In this document: one piece after another, positions 55,221 to 64,000 of the stretch
How the letters are laid out: every line of letters starts with the position of its first letter
Position numbering within the stretch: the stretch's first letter is position 1
Assembly: GCF_964355755.1 (NCBI RefSeq)
Contig: NC_092676.1
Span: 21,594,871-21,658,870 of the forward strand
Reading direction: 5' to 3'
Length of the DNA: 64,000 nucleotides
From: Antedon mediterranea
Taxonomy: Eukaryota; Animalia; Echinodermata
Notes under the pieces: generated by a model
Told to the model about the DNA's origin: nothing
What the model saw: only the letters and a program-made list of their open reading frames with translations
Database searches by the model: none
Made by a program: the position numbers and the translations under genes

Positions 55221-55698
55221 CTGTAGTGAAATCTTAAAATGTACTTTAAATCTGCTGGTTCAATGTAGGAAATATCTCTAACAATAATACGACCAAAGAT
55301 GGATTATAAAATCAAATATTATTTTTTTCTCATCTCATAGTGCAAAATTGTTACTACTAGTGTACTGCTGTAGATGACTGATTACGCACACAGGATAAAT
55401 GAAATAGAAAAAACTTTAATTTCACTAAAATAGTAGCATTTATTAATTAATAATAAAGTTCAATGTAATATAGCACAATATGTTGGGCAACTATAGTGCT
55501 TAAAAATTAACCAAAATCAAGAGAAAAGTATATTAAGAAAGACAATTTTTGAATTAAAGCATACAAAGATTAATACAAATTTTGAATGAATGTAAGGCAA
55601 TCTTTGACTTTATACACAACACCAAACCAGCAATAGTAAAACAAAAGTTAAAAAATGTATTACGTACGTATTTTACCTTAAATGGCTGTAATATTTAA

Positions 55699-56326
55699 AG
55701 TTGCATTCTCTACGTTTTTTCGACCTAATTTAAGGTCACAGACTACATTTTATGTAAAAATAAATAATATATGATCCTATTTCGATAACCCTTTTCATCT
55801 TTAAACTGTTAAAAATGGGAAAAGTAAGTCGATTCTAATAATTTATTAAAGCGGCCCGCTATAAATCCCATAATGCATCTTGTTATCATAATTAACCTTA
55901 GAAAGTACATTTAAGACAAGAAATGACCTGGTTTAAAGATGTATTGTCCCCCAAAATCATGAAAAATAAAGATTTTTAAAATCGAACTTTGAATAGGCCA
56001 TTTTGCAGTTTTAATGAAGTTGTTCACTTCCATAAGAAAAAAAACGGGGGAAAAAATTATTTCACCTATAAAAAGACAAAATAAACAGTTAAATTACCCA
56101 AAAACTCATTGTCTTCTAGACAATTTGACCATTTTTTGCTTTAAATTACATTTTTCTCAGGTAAATAAATTTTTTTCAGGCCCAATTTTTTGTGAGAGTG
56201 AATAACTATGTGACATTAAAATAACATATTCAAAAAAAAAATTAAAAAAAATAATTTTTAGATGGACAATTTAAAGTTATATATATGCATTATTTTTAAA
56301 AAACAACAATTGCAGAGAATGCAACT
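55699..56326. mobile_element. Non-autonomous Kolobok MITE
   Basis: TTAA TSD on both sides; 13-bp TIR AGTTGCATTCTCT / AGAGAATGCAACT (purine-purine start). Confidence 0.85.
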
Positions 56327-56379
56327 TTAAGATTACATTTAATTTGTATTTAAAATTGCATTGAATGTTCGCACTTGCG

Positions 56380-57530
56380 GTGTAAAAGTTTTGCTGCACT
56401 TATACGAAGTCGTGGCAAAATAAGTATAAAAAGAGTAAAGGCAGCCAGGAAAAGAAACATTAAAAGTATAAAATGACTTAAAAACTAAATCAAAAGCTAA
56501 CACTACTGCCGAACTAGCTTCGATAGCACAATGGTCACAGACAAGAAAATATTGTTCCGGATTTGTGGAAGTACCAACAAAAATGGTTGGGTGAACTTTT
56601 CACTCTTGTTTTTGGCAAACGTGTCTACACTGGTGCCAATCTGTAAAAATAAGAAGAAATATCGTTTTTCTTATTTGTTTAATCAAAATAAGAGAATAAA
56701 AAGTACATTTATTTTTGTGTACTTTATGTCAAATTGATAAACCAGGTACATAAAATAAAAATGAAACTACGCAATTGATGAAACATAATAGGGCATTAAT
56801 AATAGGACATTTGACAAAATGTACTGTATGTGTGAATGAAACAAAACTTGTTAACAGCAAATTTATTTAGGCACAAAAGATGAATCAATTATTGTTACTG
56901 CTTGTGAATCAAGAATTATTTAAACAAGACCTTCTATTTTGTTACTTACTGGTTGATGTTGGATAAGGTAGTCAAGTGATTCCTCCCTACTGGCTCCTTT
57001 TGATTTTCCTTTGCCTTTCTTTGTACAATGTGCATTTGAAGATGGCAGCATCAGGGCTAAAACCTTTAGGGCACATATGTCACCTGTAAATAAACATACA
57101 AGATATCAGTACTATGTTTTTAGTTTATATACCTAACTTTTCAATTTAAGCCATTTGACTTGTGAATAGGTATTGTAAATATTTAAATAAAGAATCGTCT
57201 TTTTAAAATGTAATACTGTGTACTACTCCTAGGCTGTGCACGGCAGCATACTTACAATCTCCACCATCTTCAAAACTTTTAAGAATGCCAACCACATTTG
57301 CATTGGTTTGATTCTTTGCGTATTTCAAGATAGGTTCTAAAAGAAAAACGTTCCATCTAGATAAAAATCCATCTGAAATGTCATCTCCATATATGTGATC
57401 TTAAAATCAAGATTTATCTGTGGAAAAACAATGGTAAAGACAAGTGATAAATATGTGAATAATTTCATTGTGCTATTAAAGTTACATATCAAATATCGAG
57501 CGGTGTATAGGGGCCAAGCAGTAAGGCATG
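56380..57530 (-). mobile_element. SAMD3-like CACTA accessory gene remnant (second copy)
   Basis: GTSVDTFAKNKSEKFTQPFL and FKSFYTFNVSFP; shares blocks with 39560-40250. Confidence 0.5.
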
Positions 57531-57531
57531 A

Positions 57532-59930
57532 CACTCTAAAAAATAATGTGTTTCATTTAAAAACACATAATTGTCCCAAAAAATAAACTTTTTCTATTTT
57601 CAAAATATTTATTCAAAATCAACTTTAGAGCCAGTCATACAACTCTTTTGTTTTTAACCTTAACAATAACTATCACCCATTATGCTTTAGAAATGTGTTG
57701 GTTTTTTTTAATGCTTCTGGTAAAAATGTTAATTACAAATGAATCCAGTTAAAATTTGTGAGGCACTCTTAATTAAAAGTTTGGCGAGTGGAACAGACTG
57801 TTTAATATATTTTATCCAGAGTTTTTTTTTGTAAGCATAAAAGAAAGGTTTTTAGAAATAACATTCGATCATTTGGAACAATCCCTTGAAACAGATACTA
57901 TCAATGCACATTTCAAGGATGGCTGCACAAATTAAGCATAATGGAATCTGATGTGTGTTGACTTTATGTACTTTACTTGGTATTGATGCATCAGGTGATC
58001 TGCCAGCAGGCCCATGGATACCCAGCACTTTTGACACTCCTTTTAATTATCTTAAAGATAAAAAATAACAATTGGTTGTTTAATAATTTCATATGGCCTA
58101 ATGTTTTTGTATTGTAACATACAGCAGGTAACCTGCATACTGTGGTTTACAATACAACTTTGAAGTAGGGATACTTTTGTTAAAACAAAATGTCAGAAAA
58201 AAAAAATGAAAGCATATTTAAAATGGATAATAATTTCATTTTGTTTACAATGGTAGCAATCCATGTTTGATGAATTCTTCTGTCCCGATAATCCTATGTT
58301 CTCTCTTTAGAGGCCATGGTACTGCAGCTTGCCTATTAGCAATAAATAGACACATTACCAGTGTCCCAGAGATGGATGGAACGAATACATGGCTTTTAAT
58401 TTAATATGGCCTTAAAAATAGTCTTTTAGCAGTTCACTGTATTTTGCACAATATTCATTTGAACTTATTTGGAAATGTCATATTCCCATTATAATTTTTG
58501 AAGGAATGAACAGACTAAAATACTGTTTTTATGTTCAAATAAAATTAAACAACCACAGCTAAAGTTATTAGAACAAACATGCATATGATCCATACTCACT
58601 TGTTGTGATATCTTGCAACTTCGCAATAAAATGCTTTGGGTTTTCTTCGTTGAGGTGAAGGGATGTCCCAAAATTATTTGTTGTAAGAAACCCAGTAGCA
58701 TCTGGAATAGACACGTGGGTAGTAGATATCAAACACATAGTAGCAAACTAAAACAGACATGCAAGCTTTGGTGATGGTAAAATTAGCAGGAATGTCGATG
58801 GTTGTTCCGTCTCCAGAAATTACCAACAGATCAATAATCTCATCATCTTCATCATTGGCAAATAATAGTTTTGATTTCACTGCCATCGCCATGCACACTT
58901 ATAAATGACTTGCTTTTGGTTCCATTACCAGAGTGGAATCCGATTTTATCCTCCAAGGCCTTAACAATGTTGGCACTCTCAAATCTCCCTATTTCTTTTG
59001 ACATTTTATTAAGTTGATCGATTAAAATATTTGTGGATAATAATGCTAAAGCGAATGCGGTGCTTATTCAAAGAGGCTGCTTATGGAAACCAATGGATAT
59101 TATTTAGATGCACTTATTTAATATATTGAGAAATGATTGATTGGTTGAATGATCTGTAATCGTTGAATGAAAACGTGTTTCCTGCATTTTTTGATTTTCA
59201 ATTTAGCAACAGGAAAACTCTTCTCGATCTGTCCCATTAGTTGATCAAAACGATGCATCATTTCCTTCATTTCTTCCATCGATTTTCCAACTGTCAATCG
59301 AAATTCTTCCCAAACCTGTAAAAGAAACGCTGTTCCAAACAGTCAGTATACCGTAGATGCATTCATTTGTTACACCTAAACTGATAATGCAATCATTGTA
59401 ACATTTGTTTATCAATTCAATGTTCTTCTGGACAATCCAGGATTAATTACAGGCCTTAATCGTGCAGAAACCAATTTGTTTTCCACATTCTATTTGTAAA
59501 TCAATATTTGTAATCTTTCAAAGCCGCAATAACGTGTGCATCCAGTGGTGGGAGTGGTAATCTTTTATAAACATGTGTATCCATACTACCACTGGCATCT
59601 GAAGTGCTCTGCTGCGACTCAAGAATTTCCTCAAATTCTGTTTCAGTATCACTGAAACTTCTATTAAAGTTAGGTTTCGGTACCGTAATAGGCCTAGTCG
59701 TCATATCTACAAAGATGAGAGGTTATTTTAGTTAAAATAGTGTGTACAGTACAGTAAGAAACACATACCGTAACAAATAGTTAACATTCCTGTACTGGTT
59801 TGCTTCAACTTGACATTTTTTATAATGGAGTTCTTCTCAATAGTCTCGGGTTTGTGAGATTTGTCTCGTTTACAATAAGGATAAGATTTTATTTTGTCAT
59901 TTAGCCATTCCAGTGTGAAATATTTCTGGC
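57532..59930 (-). mobile_element. CACTA/EnSpm element end with accessory-gene and transposase remnants
   Basis: Terminus CACTCTAAAAAA at 57532; YYVFDIYYP (58715-58745); transposase FTLEWLNDKIKSYPY..DKSHKP..KLKQTS (59790-59925). Confidence 0.6.
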
Positions 59931-61255
59931 TTCTCGGCAACATTTTAGCTCTTACTGTCACGGGTGAGAGTATTACTAAGGGGTCAAATACCGCATTCAT
60001 CTGACTCAAGCATGTTCTTTTTGTCAAATTCTCTGGAACATGTAATTTACTTTCAGCTTCTACACTCAGCCTATCCTCGACCGGCTGCCATTTTAATCCC
60101 AATAATAATCCACTTCTTTATCTTTATCGTAAAGTTTCCTTTCTTCAATAACTCATCAATTTGGCTAGCTCTCTTTAAAGCTTCTTCAGTGCTTTCCAAG
60201 TTGTCAAGTATGTCGTCCATGTACACGTTGTGTAGTATGGTGCTAGCGGCTTCGGGGAATTTCTCCTTTACCATTTCCGCAGTCTTGCGTAATGCACAGA
60301 TAGCTATGGTTGCAGATGGTTTGTCCCCAAAATTCACGGCGGTGACACAATAAACAACAGGTGATCTTTCTATTTGCATGTCTCGCCATAGGAATCTATG
60401 ACAGTGTTGATCCATTTCTGCCATGCCAACGCTGTGATACATCTTGCGGATGTCACCAACCAATGCCACTCTTTCTCTTCTGAATCTCAGTAATAGACTT
60501 ATCAGGTTGTTGTTTAGGTCGGGCCCTTTGGCCACATACTCATTTAGGACATGTCCTTTATAACTTGCGCTACTATTAAAAACTATTCTAAGCGGCGTGC
60601 TTTCACTATCAGGTTTCAAAACGGGGTGATGGCTTAGGTAGTGTACCGGTCCTTTGTACTCGGCTAACTCATTTTTCTCAATTTTCTGTGCAACCTTTCT
60701 CTTTAGCATATTATCTTGTATCTGCTCTTTATAAGCCTTGTTCTTTTCTGGATCTTTTCCAAGTCTGTCTTCCAACGACTTCAATTTTGCAGCTACCATG
60801 GCTTTGTTGTCTGGGAGCTCATTCGGATCCCTTATCCACGGGTAGCGAGCAATCCATCTGCCACCTTCATATGTCAGTCTCGCCTGTATCATCTCCAACT
60901 CTCTTTCTTTTAATGTATAATTGCTCGACACCAAAGGGCATTTTCCACATTTACAATTTCCACATTTTGGTTGGCAATTCACTCCCATACTCTCAATTGT
61001 TAAAAATTGTTGGAATTCTTGGTTCACCAACACTTAAAGTTGATTGATATTACACAAATCTTCATTTTCACAACAATCGTGACTACCGCAGATACAAGTT
61101 CCAAACAGGTTTTCCATCAGAAGCAAATGTCCTTGCTGTTTCACTTTCTGTGGCTGAAATCCAGCATACTCGAATCCAATTAAAAGATCCACTGCTCCAA
61201 TCGGCCTGTGTATGTCACCTGCATCCACTCCCATCACTTTCTCTAACTTCTTAAT
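59930..61255 (-). mobile_element. BEL/Pao LTR retrotransposon pol fragment (RT)
   Basis: CGNCKCGKC, HYLSHHPVLKPDSESTPLRIVFNSSA, KGPDL, DIRKMYH, FGDKPS, NVYMDD, MGLKW, FDPL. Confidence 0.92.
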
Positions 61256-61260
61256 ATTCG

Positions 61261-61666
61261 TTCACAGTTTCCTTATTTCTGTGCTTTAACTTTCATTTGC
61301 TCGCTGACTTTTCTTCAGTTGCATCTGATTCCGAGTCTCTCACAGTTTCCTCATTTCTGTGCTGCAACTTTAATTTGCTCGCTGACATTTCTTCAGTTGC
61401 ATCTGATTCCGAGTCGCTCACGGTTTCCTCATTTCTGTGCTGCAACTTTATTTCACTCGCTGACATTTCTTCTGTTGCATCTGATTCCAAGTCGTTCACA
61501 GTTTCCTCATTTCTGTGCTGCAACTTTATTTCACTCGCTGACATTTCTTCTGTTGCATCTGATTCCAAGTCGTTCACAGTTTCCTCATTTCTGTGCTGCA
61601 ACTTTAATTTGCTCGCTGAAATTTCTTCAGTGGCATCTGATTCCGAGTAGCTCACAGTTTCCTCAT
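61261..61666. repeat. 75-bp tandem repeat, ~5.4 copies
   Basis: 25-aa unit ESDATEEMSASKLKLQHRNEETVSD repeated in the ORF track. Confidence 0.95.
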
Positions 61667-63290
61667 AAGATAAGATAAGATAAGATAACTTTTATTGATC
61701 CTCAAAAAGGAAATTCATTGCTCGTCATAATAACAAAGAAAACACTATAAAAACAAATATAGCATAAAACCATTCATATAAAAACATCTAAAAAATTACA
61801 ATATAAAATTATCTTCTTGACTTCCTGTTGTACTGGATGATACCGGAGGGAATAAAGGATTTAGCAAATCGATTTGTTTTCACACTGAGGAGCCTCAATC
61901 TACCACTTGGATTAAGTTGGTCTATGATCACTTTGTGGAGAGGATGAGAGGCATCCGACTCAATGCGTTCGAAATCTTTCTGGAGGTGTTCTAGGTGCAC
62001 ATCGGTAAAGGAAGGCAGTTCCAGACCAATCATTTTACCAGCCCGACGGATGAAAGTTTCAAGGCGTCCTTTATTCCCTCCGGTAACATTACCAGCCCAA
62101 CAGGAGAGGCAATACGTCCAAACACTACATATAACGGATCTATAGAACGAAAGTAACATCAAATCACAGGAGTTAAATTTATATAAAGTTCTCATACAAT
62201 ACATTCTGGGACTTAATTTTTTGCTGATGAAGTCTATATGGTCTCCCCAACTCAGTTTATCATTGAAAACAATTCCTAGATACTTGTACTGGTCAACAAT
62301 TTCAATTTCTTTACCTTTGATAGTGATTGGTTGAAAATCAATGATCATCTCCTTTGTTTTTGATGCATTTATTTGGAGATAATTATCGTCACAAAATTTA
62401 ACAAATCTTTGTATTTCGCTACGATAATTTTCATCATTGTTTGAAACTATGAGACCAATAGTACTAGTACTAGTAGATTGAAAATCAAAATACATAATAC
62501 GTGCCGAGTGGCCTTTCTTTACATTATCTAGATGTGAATACAATTTATGTAATAGTACTAGTGTCATCAGCGAATTTAACAACGGGGCAAAGCTCATCAT
62601 TTAAAGATCTGTAATCCGCCGTATACAAGGAATATAATTTAGGTGCGTTGACAGTACCCTGAGGAACACCGGTGTCAGAGGTTACGATTTCTGACTTAAC
62701 ACCATTAATATTAACAAATTGTTTTCTATCACAAATGAAATTTAAAACTAAACGAACAATCGGACGGGGAAACTCCATATTCAACATTTTGTCTGCTAAG
62801 ATATGGGGTTGTATGGTATTAAACGCAGATTGAAAATCAAAATACATAATACGTGCCGAGTGGCCTTTCTTTACATTATCTAGATGTGAATACAATTTAT
62901 GTAATTTAAAATAAATCGCATCACTGGTACTACGGAGTGATCGGTAAGCAAATTGCAACGGGTCTAACACTTTTTCAGCATAAGGTTGCATAATTTTTAA
63001 AATAATACGTTCCAATATTTTCATCGCGACAGACGTGAGTGCAACGGGTCTCAAATCATTCATGCTGTTAATCTTAGGTTTCTTAGGTACCGGTATTATG
63101 CATGAAAGTTTCCAAATATCCGGGAACGCATGATAAGAAAGACACATATTGAAAATAAATGTAAATATACCATCAAGGTGAGGAGAGCAGACCTTAAGTA
63201 CTCGTGGTGGGATTCTATCCGGCCCAGCAGCCTTCGATGAATTGAGTTTCATTTCTTCAACTATCGTTTTTGCAAGTCTAGCGCTCAAAA
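61666..63290 (-). mobile_element. 5'-truncated Rex/Babar-type LINE (RT)
   Basis: KAAGPDRIP, DLRPVALTS, DPLQFAYR, DFQSAFNTI, GVPQG, KFADD, YKYLG, HPLH; (TCTTA)n tail at 61666-61687. Confidence 0.92.
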
Positions 63291-64000
63291 CGGCCGCGCC
63301 TAGCTTTTTGAATGTTTCATCAAATCAAACTCTAAAACTGATTGCTTGTCTTTTGCTTTATTTCTAAACTGTGTGTCGTTCAAAAACTACAATAAAAGAC
63401 AAAGGTAATAATTAAAATCCAGCAATTATCCATCCACAATGACGCCCTCTATAATCTAATAGCAAATCACTAAAGCCTGTTTTCCTGTCGACGTTGAGTT
63501 TAAAATCGTTAAAGTTGAAAATAAAATAGCGCTGACGATGATCGAGTCGGACCGCTAATTTTTACACATTTTTACGCGATCGTTCATAGTTTCTTGGTTC
63601 TCTCGAGCGTTGCTGGGACACGCGGACGTGAAGTGTTGCAAAACTAAGGCCGGCCACACGCAGCCGGGACCGCGTGAAAATTGAAAAAGTTACGGGTTTT
63701 GATGCTTTAACCCAGCCTAGGACATGCTTTCGTTGATATCTTAATCTAGGCTTACACTAAAGACAAACATTAAATTTAATTGGTTTATTATTATTAACTC
63801 CATTACTGTATCTCGTAATCATTCTAAACTTCAACTTCAGAACTTACGGTCTGGCATCTTAAAAAATCAATCTTATCTTTGATGATTACATATAACTTTG
63901 TTCTCTTTCAACTATATCCTAACTCTTTTCGTCGACTCGCCTCCAACATAAAACTGAGGGTGCACTAACAATTTCGAACAACGAAACAGTTTGTAAGCAT

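Noticed and set aside
60688-61047. Plus-strand ORFs over BEL pol (and similar ones over the LINEs)
   Set aside because: Antisense shadows of TE coding sequence

Overview
AT-rich animal genomic DNA with GT-AG introns; the repeat content suggests a marine invertebrate (inference). The first ~13 kb is genic. It holds a complete 12-coding-exon gene (+, 2235-9018, 511 aa by my splice reconstruction) for a patatin-type phospholipase with two EF-hand loops and a poly-Lys C-terminus. The first ~375 bp of the window resemble this gene's 3' flank, implying an upstream tandem paralog. A frameshifted, apparently partial coactosin-like (ADF-H) gene follows. From ~14 kb onward the window is almost entirely nested, decayed mobile DNA. 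DNA transposons: two Academ-type elements (one a 2.3-kb foldback), hAT, Kolobok and CACTA remnants and MITEs. Retroelements: L2, CR1/Crack (with a 2A-like peptide) and Rex/Babar-type LINEs, a Penelope element with a broken hammerhead core, and Gypsy, BEL/Pao and DIRS fragments. Several tandem amplifications also occur. No rRNA, tRNA or CRISPR was found. All family assignments come from motifs recognised by eye, not from database searches.
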